DNA of 64,000 nucleotides from Octopus vulgaris (GCA_951406725.2 OX597818.1:58404001-58468000); one strand, 5' to 3'; shown: positions 9,667 to 23,560, counted from the first letter of the stretch. Translations and numbers: made by a program. Notes: a model not told the origin generated them from the letters alone.

Positions 9667-12432
9667 TTGTTGTCCTTAAATGCTCGCAGTTTATGCAACA
9701 AAATACATTTGTTCAACGCCTACGTCAGAAGTGTTGACCCTGACTTCATCACTGTCACGGAAACATGGGCGCATTCCTTACTCTGTGATGGGGTTTTCAA
9801 CATTACGGGGTACAACCTCTTCCGTAAGGACCGCACTAACCGCCGTGGTGGTGGTGTGATGGTCTACGTTCGTTCAAATTTTTTGGTAATTCCTTGTGCC
9901 GATTTGAACGAATCACAAGAAGAAGTTTTTTTCTGTGACGTGCGTATGACCATGTCAACACTCCTGCTTGGCGTTGTTTATCGTCCCCCAAGTTACCATC
10001 GGGACACACAGCTTTGCAATGTCCTCCGAGCTGCTGCCAGGAAAACAGCCACTTATGTGTTTATTGCAGGCGATTTCAATCATCCTGAGATCGATTGGGA
10101 GACCTTCCATTGGCCACAGAGTGCAAACGATTTTGTTGAGCTTGTGCTGGACTCAAACTGGTCACAAGTAGTCACCTCTCCAACAAGAGGCGACAACACC
10201 TTGGACCTGCTCTTCACCACAACTCCTGAAGCGGTTATCAATTGCACTACGGAGGAACCTCTAGGTGACTCTGATCATGCTATGATCATCGCCAATCTGG
10301 CTCTTGCGAGCAACAAATACCTGAACCATCTCCAATCTGCTTCCTTCGATTGGAAGAGAGCAGATTGGAACCTGTACCACACTGAACTACAGCACCCAAA
10401 CTGGCGTGAATTCTACAACTCTGGAGATGTGAATACTATACTCCAGAGTATCCTGGACTCAATATGGGCAGCATGTTCAGCATCATTGCCACGTAAACAA
10501 AAAAAGAAGAACCGCCCCAAAAGGGCAATTTGGGAAACTTCAGCGGTCCGACTTACCAGGAGGGAACGTCGGACTGCTGAACGGGAATACAGGTTGCATA
10601 AATCAGACACCAACAGGAAGAAGCGGAATAAATCCTCCAACCATCTCAAGCAAGTGACAAAAAAAGCAGTGCTTGAATTTGAACAGTGCATAGCAGCCAA
10701 TCCTGACAGCAAGGTTTTCTGGAAATATGTGCACTCAAAGCAGAGACCTCACTCTCCAGTGGGCCCTCTTCGCAACCCTCACACAAACCAGATCACTGAC
10801 GACCCCAAGGAATGCGCAGAACTCATTGCCGAGTGCTATGCAAACATATTCACTGTTGAAAGTCAAAATGTACCATCTTCACCATCACTAACAGCAAACT
10901 CCATAACAACTATGGAATTTACACCTGCAATGCTGCGACGTCACCTTCAAAATAAGCGCAACTATGCCTCCCCTGGTCTCGATGGAGTTACATACCTGCT
11001 TCTCAAACGTGGCAGGCACTTCCTTTTACACCAGCTTTCTATTTTCTTCCAGTACTGTCTCAACAATGGTGCTACTCCGGAGCAGTGGAAAACTGCCAGT
11101 GTCATTCCTCTGTTCAAAAAGGGCGACCGCACATCACCTGTCAACTATCGCCCAGTCAGTCTCACTAGCTGTATTGCAAAACTGATGGAATCGTGTGTCA
11201 GAGAAACACTCTGGAACTTCTGGAGCTCTCACAGTCTCATCCGACCCTCACAATATGGATTTGTCCCTAACTCCAGCTGCAGTGACCAGCTTGTCGAGTT
11301 CCTTGAGGACATTACTCAGATTACTGACAGTGGCTCATGGGTGGATGTTGTCTACCTTGACTTTGCTAAGGCTTTCAACTCTGTGCCACACAAAAGGCTT
11401 ATGGTGAAACTCTCTGCAATGGGTGTGGGGGATGACCTTTTTAACTGGTTGAAATCCTTCATCCTCAGCCGAAAGGAGGTAGTCACAGTTCTAGGACAGC
11501 ACTCTACACCATATGAGATGTCATCGGGTGTACCACAGGGATCTGTCCTTGGCCCCCTCTTGTTTGTGGCATACATTAACGACATAGATGCCAATTTAAA
11601 GAATGCCACAGTATTGAAATATGCAGACGACATCAAGCTGTACCTTGAAATCAAGAGGACAGATCCTGATGTCTACAACTCTTTCCTGCAATCAGACCTA
11701 GACACAATGCAGCAATGGATCACAGACTGGCAACTGAAACTGGCTGTGGACAAGTGTACCACCATGCATTTTGGGAGAAAAAACCCTGCGTTCACATACT
11801 CCCTCCACAACACTGATATCAAGAAATCCTCTTGCGAGCGTGACCTAGGCATCACTGTCAGCAGTGATTTGCGTTGGTCAAAGCATATCTCTAAGATTGT
11901 CAGGAAGGCCGAGGGTGTCTTGGCATCACTCAGCAGGTCTTTTGTTAGCCGCTCTCCAGCCATCTATTTAAAACTGTATACAGCTATGGTACGACCACAC
12001 TTGGAATTCGCATCATCAGTTTGGAACCCCTATCTTGCACAGAACATTGACCTCCTGGAATCTGTCCAGAGACGTGCAACCAAACGCATACCCTCCATCA
12101 GACACCTACCATATTCTGAGCGCCTTGTTTCCCTGGGCATGGATTCACTGAAGCTCCGGCGTTTGGCGACGGACTTGGTAAACACCCACAAAGTTATCAA
12201 CCACCTCACCAACAACAACACTGAACACCTTTTTGATCTCCATGTGTCTAACACACGTGGACATGCCTACAAAGTCAGAAAACAATACAGCTCCCATGAC
12301 TTTCGGAAACATTTTTTCACGCTCAGAGTTGCTGAAGCATGGAATAAACTGCCTGCGTCAGTTGTTGACTGCCATGACACTGCATCTTTTAAGGCCCTCA
12401 TGCTTTCCGAAATCCGCCGAAACTTCACCTGA
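9667..12432 (+). CDS. LINE ORF2: APE endonuclease + reverse transcriptase (frame open from 9583; TTG at 9667 is only the track's start)
   Basis: EN motifs LNARS, VTETW, YRPP, GDFN, TLDL, SDH. RT motifs NYRPVSLTS, QYGF, YLDFAKAF, GVPQGSVLGP, YADD. CR1-type C-terminus HFFTLRVAEAWNKLP. Confidence 0.95.
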   Translation: MLSLNARSLCNKIHLFNAYVRSVDPDFITVTETWAHSLLCDGVFNITGYNLFRKDRTNRRGGGVMVYVRSNFLVIPCADLNESQEEVFFCDVRMTMSTLLLGVVYRPPSYHRDTQLCNVLRAAARKTATYVFIAGDFNHPEIDWETFHWPQSANDFVELVLDSNWSQVVTSPTRGDNTLDLLFTTTPEAVINCTTEEPLGDSDHAMIIANLALASNKYLNHLQSASFDWKRADWNLYHTELQHPNWREFYNSGDVNTILQSILDSIWAACSASLPRKQKKKNRPKRAIWETSAVRLTRRERRTAEREYRLHKSDTNRKKRNKSSNHLKQVTKKAVLEFEQCIAANPDSKVFWKYVHSKQRPHSPVGPLRNPHTNQITDDPKECAELIAECYANIFTVESQNVPSSPSLTANSITTMEFTPAMLRRHLQNKRNYASPGLDGVTYLLLKRGRHFLLHQLSIFFQYCLNNGATPEQWKTASVIPLFKKGDRTSPVNYRPVSLTSCIAKLMESCVRETLWNFWSSHSLIRPSQYGFVPNSSCSDQLVEFLEDITQITDSGSWVDVVYLDFAKAFNSVPHKRLMVKLSAMGVGDDLFNWLKSFILSRKEVVTVLGQHSTPYEMSSGVPQGSVLGPLLFVAYINDIDANLKNATVLKYADDIKLYLEIKRTDPDVYNSFLQSDLDTMQQWITDWQLKLAVDKCTTMHFGRKNPAFTYSLHNTDIKKSSCERDLGITVSSDLRWSKHISKIVRKAEGVLASLSRSFVSRSPAIYLKLYTAMVRPHLEFASSVWNPYLAQNIDLLESVQRRATKRIPSIRHLPYSERLVSLGMDSLKLRRLATDLVNTHKVINHLTNNNTEHLFDLHVSNTRGHAYKVRKQYSSHDFRKHFFTLRVAEAWNKLPASVVDCHDTASFKALMLSEIRRNFT

Positions 12433-12481
12433 TTATATATACACTTTAGATGAGTTGTAGTGCACCTGAGCACTGTACACA

Positions 12482-12513
<32 letters not shown>

Positions 12514-12577
12514 AGCCCATTGTCTGTATTATAGTGAATTGTTGTACCATTCAAAACTATATATATATATATACATA

Positions 12578-12995
12578 TACTCTTTTACTCTTTTACTTGT
12601 TTCAGTCATTTGACTGCGGCCATGCTGGAGCACCGCCTTTAGTCGAGTAAATCGACCCCGGAACTTATTCTTTGTAAGCCCAGTACTTATTCTATCGGTC
12701 CCTTTTGCCGAACCGCTATGTGACGGGGACGTAAACACACCAGCATCGGTTGTCAAGCAATGCTGGGGGGACAAACACAGACACACAAACATATACACAC
12801 ACACTTATATATATATATATATACATATATAGGATAGGCTTCTTCCAGTTTCCTTCTACCAAATCCACTCACAATGCATTGGTCGGCCCGGGGCTATAGC
12901 CGAAGACACTTGCCCAAGATGCCACACAGTGGGACTGAACCCGGATCCATGTGGTTGGTTAGCAAGCTACTTACCACACAGCCACTCCTGCACCT
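12578..12995 (-). mobile_element. SINE family B
   Basis: Full head-to-tail match to the other family B copies. Confidence 0.85.
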
Positions 12996-13009
12996 ATATA
13001 TATATATAT

Positions 13010-13044
<35 letters not shown>

Positions 13045-14449
13045 CATACATACATACATACATATACAGATGTATACATATATACATATTTTATAGATAT
13101 GTGTGTTTGTGTTTATTGATATTTAACAGAAACAATTGTGTGATTCAATTATTGAGAGTTTCGTGTGTTAGCACTCGTCAAAATGTGCTACAGTGTGGAT
13201 AATTTCACATTCAATATTACATGAAAAACCTATATGATAACGCCAGAACGAGAAGCCTTGCTAATTAACTGTTTGTTTGAGATCATTCACTAAGAATGAT
13301 TTATTCATTTTGTTCAAAATCGTTAAATATATTTATTGAACACATGAATTTAACTAGGATCTACAACACCAAGAAGGGGAAGATTTGTGGAAATGTATAG
13401 AAGAAATACATACAAAAATTCTCTTTCCAGTAATCGTCAATACAAACCAGATTTTCTTGTTATAAGCTCAGTAAGTATTTATCCCTTTCTTGTGTCTGTA
13501 AAAAACGAAAAGGTTTCTCCGGAGACGGATTTCAGAACTACAGAGTTCTGCAGCAGACTAAATATACTATCGGGAGTAATTTTGTGTGATGATTTTTTTT
13601 CCCGAAAAATCATAAGTGCAACTTTTTTCCAACCATTTAATTATTGTGCATACACCATCGCATCGCGTAAACATACTTTCGGTTCTGCCATGGCTTCAAC
13701 GAAAAGCCAAACCCTTCTTTATCAGATGCTACGTAACAGTCAAAGTTAACAGGATAGAATACAAGAAAACCGAACAGCAAAACGATGATTATAATGACAG
13801 CATAACGAGATGCAAGAGCGAAAAAGTGAAACGTTTAAAACTTTTTTGGGGGAAATCTTTTTAAGATATCATTCATTTAAGACGAGTCTCCGTTAGGAAA
13901 AGATCACAGGCATGTGAGTCGATTCTAACTTGGCTTAACGAAATCTCTGGCGATTAAATGCAGCTGCGTAAAGCCCCTTCAAATTGGTAAATTAAACCTT
14001 CTTTATTATGACTTCCTATTAACTGCAGAGCCTGCTTTTGCAGATACTGAACAAGGAAAGAAAATGTTTCACTGTGGATTGGGTGAATGGAGAAAAAATA
14101 TTCGTTGTTCTATGGAGAATTTTCAGTTATGCAGATTAGCTTTATGCAGGAATTCAGATAAATAGATTGCGCACAAAAGAAGATAAGGAAAATTATTATA
14201 GAAACACTGGAAAAATTACAAACATATTGAAGAGAACTCTCGGGTACCAAATAATCCAATCAAACAGAAACTAAATTCTGTCAGTGAAGGAAAATGCACT
14301 TCGGTATCAGAAGAACGTGGTCGAAAAAAACTAGGAAAAATATGACTGAATGCAAGTAGATGTATGACTAAAAGCCCATATAGAAGCATTTCTCACAGTG
14401 GTCTGAATCTTTCTGTGCTACAAATACTTAAGCCTAAATAAACATGGTG

Positions 14450-14700
14450 TCATTCGGAGTAGAATCCATTACACTACGTGGTCTGAGGTCAGCTTGTAAG
14501 CAATACAATACCACTTGCTCAACAACTTAAGACCACTCGACATAGATATGCTAGCCATTACTGAGACCAAAATTACTGGGACGCACGCTCTCAAACACGT
14601 TTTTGACAACTAAAATATATATTGATCTCGTGGTCTGTTGGGGTCGTGTGGGGAAGTAGAAGTGTTTTTCCGGAAAGAATTGGGTTTAGAGCTATAGAGC
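14450..14700 (+). pseudogene. Degraded LINE endonuclease N-terminus (L1/Tx1-like)
   Basis: Reads LRGLRSACKQY..HLLNNLRPLDIDMLAITETK across a frameshift, then ..SVFPER. Matches the APE N-terminal NxRGL...D...(I)xET pattern. Confidence 0.45.
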
Positions 14701-15410
14701 TACTGATCACATATCATTCTGATATCAAATTTCTGGTGTTTTCAAATACTTTTCTCTTCGCCGTAAATTATGTTCCATTGCTTCGTATGATGTTCAACAG
14801 AGCATTAAATCGTCATCCTATTGATATGCAACGCTGCCGTGTAACTGAGTAATTACAAGTACTATCAACTCACTTGTCCTAATGCAATCTCTATGAAGTA
14901 TACGTACTTAAACGTATGAGAAATATTCATGCGATTGCTACATAACTATGAATATGTACCTGCAGATACACATACTGTGGGTCAATCTTTGTCGCGATAT
15001 TAAGAAACAATGATATCGGTAAAGAATTGTTTCCATCTTTTGTGCTCATAGCTGCATATAATCAAGTGATTCTATACATGATGGTTATGACACAATAGAT
15101 ATATCATTTAATTTTTCTCTGAAAGTATAAAAGTGCATATGTTTTATGGATATACATACATGTGCGTTTAAATAGAGACTGAGTGAGTCTCCCACGCACA
15201 ACTGTTTACGCTCCACTTATATTTGAATGTGTAGTGTAACATGTGTTACATGTATAAAATAAATCATATTATATTGATAGAGCAAAATTATTAATGACAC
15301 CAATAAAAATATTATAAGCAATATGTACGAATAATAAAGAGACGATTATGACCAGTAAACACATAGATATACATACATGTATACATAAATATATATACGT
15401 ATATACATAC

Positions 15411-15493
<83 letters not shown>

Positions 15494-17848
15494 TGCATAT
15501 GTTTATCTATATACGTGTATGTACATATATTTAGTTATAAACATATGCATAATACACATATATATCCAGACTTATATAAATGCACATACATAAGCTCACA
15601 CATACACACTGTGGAAAATAAATACGTACTCACCGATGATTGTAGCATATATGAATATTTCTTTATGGGTAGCATAATTTTATTCCCTGCAAATAAAATT
15701 ATATCAATTCATTATATGTATATTGCTGCATAAGCTCTTTAATAAGAATTTTATACGCTATATTTCCTTTTAAATAAATCGATTTCAACTTTTCTTCCAT
15801 AAAATATTGCTTTTCATTTTTCTCATTTAGTCTTGATATTAAAGGAAAAAAACTTACTTTCCATGAAAATATTGCTGTTTTCTTCACGAAACTCATCCTC
15901 CCCACCCGCCGACCTCCTTTCCTTTGCAAACTTATGAAATCGTTGTTTGTTTAATTTTGTTTTTGTTTCGTTTTATATTTCCCGTCGCCTGTTCGTTAAC
16001 ACACTTCAGATATAATCTCATGTATGGAGTTATAGAAATGCTTTTGACGTTTAAAAGCTATGTTAATCCATTATATGTGTTTCAATAAATGTACGTCATA
16101 CTCAACATGAAACAAATTCTCAAAAAAATGTCGACATATTCAAATATTGTTTAGCATTTTTCTTCTCAATTGACTCACCACATGGAAAAAAAAAGACACG
16201 ATTTCATATCGCAACATGGATGTTTTCAGTAATAATTTGTCGATGTACACACATGAGTGATTGCAAATTAACTTGAAATATAAACGATACCCATGCGTAA
16301 AATTAGATAAATTAAAGGTCAACTACGAGACTCAAATAAAAATAAAAGGAATAATCGTCGAAACAAAAATCGTATGGCTGCACAAATAACGAACTATAAA
16401 AAAAACGTTTATATCAATTTCTTTTTTTCCTTGAAAATCGTGCATTAATTTCTGCCCTTTTTGTTGACTTTTATGAAATAGCAAATATTTCAAAGGCATC
16501 GAATTTTAATTAATCTGTTGCTTTTTTCTTCGATTATTCACGCTATTTTTTGTGGCGTTTTTAACAATTTATGTAACTGCGTATATTTCCCCTAATAATG
16601 ACATCGCAAAATATAATTATTACACCGTTATATATACCATTTAGTATTTTTCGATAGCACAATGAAATACTGAATAATGTCGTCCATCGCAACAAATTGT
16701 AACGGCTTTATCTATCACTCATTATACTGCATCAGTTCGTTTCTAGTTTAAAAGCATTGCAATTGAATTCAAATCACTTTATAATATGTTTCAATATCTG
16801 ATGTTAACATCTCTGCTTTTGATGAGAAAACAATTGATTGTTACAGTATTGATTTTAACAATGCACAGTTTATATTAATACGCAGTTGTTAGCGGATTGC
16901 AAAAGTGCTTTTAAAATAGTAATCTCATTAGAATTATAATTTTGCTAAGAAGATACATATTTACCCCGAGCGTTGTATGTTAGATTAATATCATCGCCAA
17001 GTTCGGTACTGTGATATTCTTTGTATTTTGTTAATCGATATACCCGATTATCTACTTTATTAAGAAAGCATAAAACTCCCAGAGGCCTGGAAGTTATTTA
17101 TATATAATTTACAAAGTGATTTGCGTTTTAAAAATGATATAATCTCTCAGCAAGTAATAACTGCATCCACACACAGTGCTCTTTGCAACAGGAACGTAAT
17201 TCTGTAGCCTGAGTATCAGAGGCAATAAATATGTCCAACTCAATAATATTTAGTTTGTGTTAGCAACAGAAGAGTACCGTAGAGCTATTATTATTACTTG
17301 TAACAAAAGGCAAGTTGAAGACGGAAGATTCGGAAAATACTTGATGTTGTATGCTTTAAGAAATTCGTCCGGAACATTTCCAGTTATTTACCATTCTCTC
17401 TGCGCTAGACCAGACAGGTGGATTCCTTTCACGTATATGCTCTCCATATATACAATACACCACTATACAGCAGTATTATTCAGTAGTAATTTTTATATTA
17501 GAAATTATTCATTGCATTTATAGGGATGTCCCTCAAGCATCTTTACCATGTCGGATCATAATTTCCACACAATGGAAACTCCATTTTAGGACTCAACAAT
17601 AAAGCTTGTATTTCTTTACGGATTGAATACTTAAAACGGGATGAAGGCACACCACTACTGGAATAAAGACTAATGTCTCTGCTTGCACTATTTTAAAATA
17701 ATACATATTGATAATCTTTGTAATTAGTCCTGAAGAATGTCGAAAAATTTAGAAATTCTGTAACTGCGAGTACTTTCAACTGATTCCGAACTAGTGACTA
17801 TTCGATAATAATATCACAAATAAAAAGCTAATTTCAGTTGAAAAAGTA

Positions 17849-18387
17849 CCTATTTTTTTACTACCCACAAGGGGCTAAACATAGAGAGGACAAACAAGGA
17901 CAGATAAAGGGATTAATTCGATTACATTGGCCCCAGTGCGAAACTGGTACTTTATTTATCGACCCCGAAAGGATGAAAGGCAAAGTCGACCTCGGCGGAA
18001 TTTGAACTCAGAACATAACGACAGACGAAATACGGCTACGCATTTCGCTTGGCGTGCTAACGTTTCTGCCAGCTCGCCGCCTTTCAGTTGAAAAAGTATA
18101 ACCGACTGTCTGTCTTGTTCCATTACCAGAAAAACTGCTTTCTCAAATTCATATATATTTCTTTACTGCCCAGAAGGGGCAAAACATAGAGAGAACAAAC
18201 AAGGACAGATAAAGGGATTAATTCGATTACATCGGCCCTAGTGCGAAACTGGTTCTTTATTTATCGACCCCGAAAGGATGAAAGGCAAAGTCGACCTCGG
18301 CGGAATTTGAACTCAGAACGTAACGACAGACGAAATACGGCTACGCATTTCGCCTGGCGTGCTAACGTTCCTGCCAGCTCGCCGCCT
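17849..18387 (-). mobile_element. Two SINE family C copies produced by tandem duplication
   Basis: Copy 1 (17849-18082) is flanked by 17-bp TSD tttcagttgaaaaagta. Copy 2 (18155-18387) is followed by the same ~70-bp flank. Confidence 0.85.
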
Positions 18388-19858
18388 TTCAGTTGAAAAA
18401 GTATAACCGACTGTCTGTCGTGTTCCATTACCAGAAAAAAACTGCTTTCTCAAATTCATATAGTTTTCTCTCTCCACATAAAGTATATTTCACTCAATAT
18501 TTTCTTATTTAAAGAGCCTCATCAGTATTCTGTATTTAATTCATATAATATCAAAGTATTCACCCAGATTTCAGAAGCTGAAACCTATTCTTTATAGTAA
18601 ATGACAGACAAGCATAAAATGATGATGCAGACAATTTATGGTGCGTGTCATATACCACAGAATTTTTCTTTGTTCGCTTTCGTTATCTATGTAACATTAT
18701 TCCGAAATATAATTCAGGATGATTTACTAAAACGTCGCTATCATTTGGAGAGAAAGATTGTACTAGCCATCGATAGAAAATGCTTATGGTTTATAGATCG
18801 ATTTCCTATAGCAACATTCAATAATTACCTGATAGCCATTGACATCGATGTTAAACGTTATTGAATAAACACAGAGCAGCTGAAAACTATGTTCTACTTT
18901 ACTTACAATCGATACACAGGAGTTCATAATCAATCAAATAATGAATCTAATTCTGTCTAACCTCATGAAACCAATGATGGAAAATATTAATTTACTATAG
19001 ACCTAACACATTCGTTCTATTTACTTTTATATGTCTCTATTAATCTTCTCTAGGAAAGAAGTGGTGTTAGCTGTAAGGGGAAAAACTTGTTAAAATAATA
19101 CGCTTTCTATCAATTTGCATTGGAATTATGAAAAAAAAAACTAATACCGAAAATTTCAGACACTAATAACTCAATGGAAATATTTAAAGAATTAGGACAC
19201 AATTATTGATGAATCATTGTCATCTAATATTGCTAAATTGCAATTATAAAATGCAGCTATAATGACCTTAATAGATTTAGAATATATTTTTTTTGTTTTT
19301 AATTCCTGCTTCTACTTATTGTGGTAGGTCAAGTCCTATGTAGAAGATGATAAACAAAACATTTCTCTATAAGCATAAGCTGATTAATAATCAATTCTGT
19401 AATGAATAATTCAAGGAATTTATTTAGTGTAATGTCTTACTAAAAATATTTGCGTTTATCTTACAATCAAAAGCATCACTGCTTGACCTTACGAGGATAC
19501 GTCCATTCTATTGAGTGTTCACACAAACATTTAGAGGGAAAATGTATATACATACATACATAAACACACATACATACATATATATGAATATATGGACGGA
19601 GACAGGGGAGGAGAGAGAGCGAAGTGGAGAGAGAGGCATATGTCTGGAAAGTGTGAATCACTGCAAAATTTGACGTAGCATGTGCATGTATATGTTTGTC
19701 CGTGTGTGCATGTATATATATATATATATATATACATGCACTGAGACAAAAAGAGAACACTTTCGAAATCCTCTCCACATTGTTATCCAGGTTGGAAGAG
19801 GAAATTTCGAAGATGCAGCAAATTACATAATATCTTCCAAACCATTGTAACTCTTCTA

Positions 19859-20104
19859 GCCCGTCGAATATATGTATATATATGCGTGTGTGTGTTTGTG
19901 TGTCTGTGTTTGTCCCCCTAGCATTGCTTGACAACCGATGCTGGAGTGTTTATGTCCCCGTTACTTAGCGGTTCGGCAAAAGAGACCGATAGAATAAGTA
20001 CTGGGCTTACAAAAGAATAAGTCTCGGGGTCAAGCTGCTCGATTAAAGGCGGTGCTCCAGCATGGCCGCAGTCAAATGACTGAAACAAGTAAAAGAGTAA
20101 AAGA

Positions 20105-20105
<1 letters not shown>
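19859..20105 (+). mobile_element. 5'-truncated SINE family B
   Basis: gcccgtcg...tgactgaaacaagtaaaagagtaaaagag followed by (TA)n. Confidence 0.8.
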
Positions 20106-20168
<63 letters not shown>

Positions 20169-21697
20169 AGTGTGCTCTATATAGATAAAAAACAATAAAA
20201 GTGTCTAAAATGCAAATAATGTCGACTGCAATATAATTCCTTTAGTCTGTCAAGCCGATGCATAATTATTGAAAGGTGGAAAATATTTTTTTAAAAATCA
20301 TATGATTAGGCACATAACGTTCGGTCTTTAGATTTATAGACATATCTTTTAAAATATAAAGCCTTAGATTTTACACTTTTACTCTCTTACTTGTAATTTC
20401 GAAGATGCAGCAAATTACATAATATCTTCCAAACCATTGTAACTTTTCTAGCTACAATGGTTTGGAAGATGAGTATAATAGAAATCTGTTCTCAATTTTA
20501 AAATTTTATCTCCTGTATTGGAAAAGAGGTAAAATTTATTCACAAAGTATAAACAAAATTTTTAGAAGAAAAACAGAGCTGAGAAAACAAAAGCCATAAA
20601 ATGCTAGTTTTTTTTTTCCTTTCCATGCTTAATAAAACGACACTGGAAAAGATGAACATTAATGGAGTGGAGAGAGGAACGAATTTACCTGACACTCTAT
20701 TATGTCTTCTGTTTCGTAATGTCTTTTATTATATAGTTTCCTTGGCTGCCGTGGTTTACCAATTTTCAATAGAAGATTATATTGCTTCCATTAACAGCCA
20801 GATTTTGCCTTATTTCAGTAATCATCTGTAAGGCTGTAAGGTGTCACTTTCGTTACTTCACCACTCACGTTGTCTCAGTTATGTGTGACAGTTCTATAAG
20901 CTAGACTAACACAATGTCAATGTGAGACATACTATTGGACACGCACGAAATTAATCTACCAGCCCCATGCCTGCCTATAGATTCATTTCCATTGAAGTAT
21001 TTCATAATTACTTATCTTAAACAGATGCGTGTGAAGCATGCAGCCCCCGCTCCGAATACTCAGGCTATAAAATTTATTTATATTGTCTAATCAGTTAACC
21101 ACATTCAAACCATAATATTCTAATGGCAAATAAGTGTAACCAGAAAAGCAGAGAGAACATTTAAGTGAAATCCGAATAAACTTTACTAATAAATTTGGGA
21201 TTCGAGCAACTCGTGTTCAGATCTGCTTGAATAAACGTATATTTATGAACTACATTCAATATGGCGGCTTTCTTTTTATTTCGGGTACGAAAATGATCAC
21301 ACGCTAACAGAAATATGGATACACGCACAGGCTGATATAAAGGACTCACAGACACACGCGAATATGATTGAGGGAAACCCGGTTTTCGAAAACACTCTGA
21401 TCATGAAGAAATCTTACTTTACGTCCTATCTTTCTGATATTCATTTCATACAGTAGTACCTCGGTTTACGAATGCCTCTGATCACGAATAAATCTGTCGC
21501 TGCTTCACCAAATAAATCCAAATACATTGCATTCAAGCCAACGTTAGAAAACAGTACGAGACATGGAAACGCACGTACAGACATACACATATAGTCTCCA
21601 TATAGAACATGGTGTCAGGCGGACAAACGAATTAATCTGGTATCTAAGTGCATATACATGTATGTAATCGTGCGTATATATAAGTATTCGCATGTTA

Positions 21698-22120
21698 TAC
21701 TCTTTGCACTCTCTTTTACTTGTTTCAGTCATTTGACTGTGGCCATGCAGGAGCACCGCCTTTAATCGAGCAACTCGACCCCGGGACTTATTTTTTTTTT
21801 GTAATCCCAGTACTTATTCTATCGGTCTCTTTTGCAGAACCGCTAAGTAACGGGGGCATAAACACACCAGCATCGGTTGTCAAGCAATGCTAGGTGGACA
21901 AACACAGACACACAAACAAACACACATACATATATATATATATATATACATATATACGACAGGCTTCTTTCAGTTTCCGTCTACCAAATCCACTCACAAG
22001 GCATTGGTCGGCCCGAGGCTATAATAGAAGACACTCGCCCAAGATGCCACGCAGTGGGACTGAACCCGGAACCATGTGGTTGGTTAGCAAGCTACTTACC
22101 ACACAGCCACTCCTGCGCCT
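21698..22120 (-). mobile_element. SINE family B
   Basis: Full-length match to the family. Confidence 0.85.
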
Positions 22121-23081
22121 ACATGTATTTGAAATTGTATTCTAATCTTGGTATATTTCCACTGATGAAGGCGAAGTATTTTATAACTCGTCAGAATTCA
22201 TCGTGCATGTGTGTGTGAATGTGTGAATGTGTGTGTGTTTGTGTGTGTGAATGATTAACAGAGACAAGAGATTTAAATGGGGCATATGTTCCTGTGTACG
22301 TATTTAAGTGGCGTGAGTGTGCGTGTTTCTTTATATATGTTTCTATTCAATACAAATGATTTAAACAATTTGCGTTGACTGCGCCACTCATTTTGCAATA
22401 TATTTCGTGTTACCGCAGAAGTCTCTGTTTGATTTACTGCAATGTGGCAAATGCCAAACTCTAATTTATGATATCTATAACCTAATACTCTCCCCAGTGA
22501 AGTAATCTCCAGCTTGTTGCTTTTCTTATTAACTATATCTAATGTGATTCGTATAAACGTTACAGTGGAAATTTAAATTACGTCCCTCAGATGAACGCGC
22601 GTCATAAAACCCTTGTCTTTTGCTCTATGTAATGTCTACTGTCTAGTTATTTTGCTGCCGTTCTATGCGATACCATTTCCTTGCATCAATAGTCTTCAAT
22701 TTTTATGGGTAATTGTGTAGAATGTGGATATGTCGAGAAATGGTATCTTCGTATTTAGTTCTGAATTGTGGTGCGTTGACTGGAGCATTGTAATTGACAC
22801 TTTTGAAGCAATTTTGTCTTGAGACAGTCAAAGACTGTCGTAATTTTATGGCCAATTTAACGGCTAGAATTGTAAAGAATAGACCATCCAACGTGAGATA
22901 TCTAATTTATCGAACACACTTGTCGTTAGTAGTTTATTCCCGTGTGTATATGATTAGAGTGTGATAAAATAATTGTTGTAAGGTTGATGCTGAAATTTAT
23001 AGATTACCTGTTTAATACCAAAGGCAAGCATCTCATAGCGATTGCTTAATATCAGTGTCAGTGAAGTCATGCACACTGAAA

Positions 23082-23560
<479 letters not shown>

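Larger units (their letters stand above)
8200..12510 (+). mobile_element. Near full-length CR1-group (CR1/L2/Crack-like) non-LTR retrotransposon
   Basis: Two long uninterrupted ORFs, short 3' UTR with a stem-loop (12457-12476) and (ATT)n tail (12482-12510). The 5' boundary is approximate and no TSD was found. Confidence 0.9.

Noticed and set aside
8375-12482. Alternative-frame and antisense ORFs over the LINE (poly-L, poly-T/A, etc.)
   Set aside because: Shadows of the polyQ repeat and of ORF1/ORF2 codon usage.
17725-17755. CTGAAGA-atgtc-GAAA hammerhead-like core
   Set aside because: Only 5 nt separate the core halves and stems I and III are not convincing. Likely chance.
21449-21495. TA|CAGTAGTACCTCGGTTTACG pogo/Tigger-like terminus
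   Set aside because: No matching second TIR or transposase sequence found. Too short to call.
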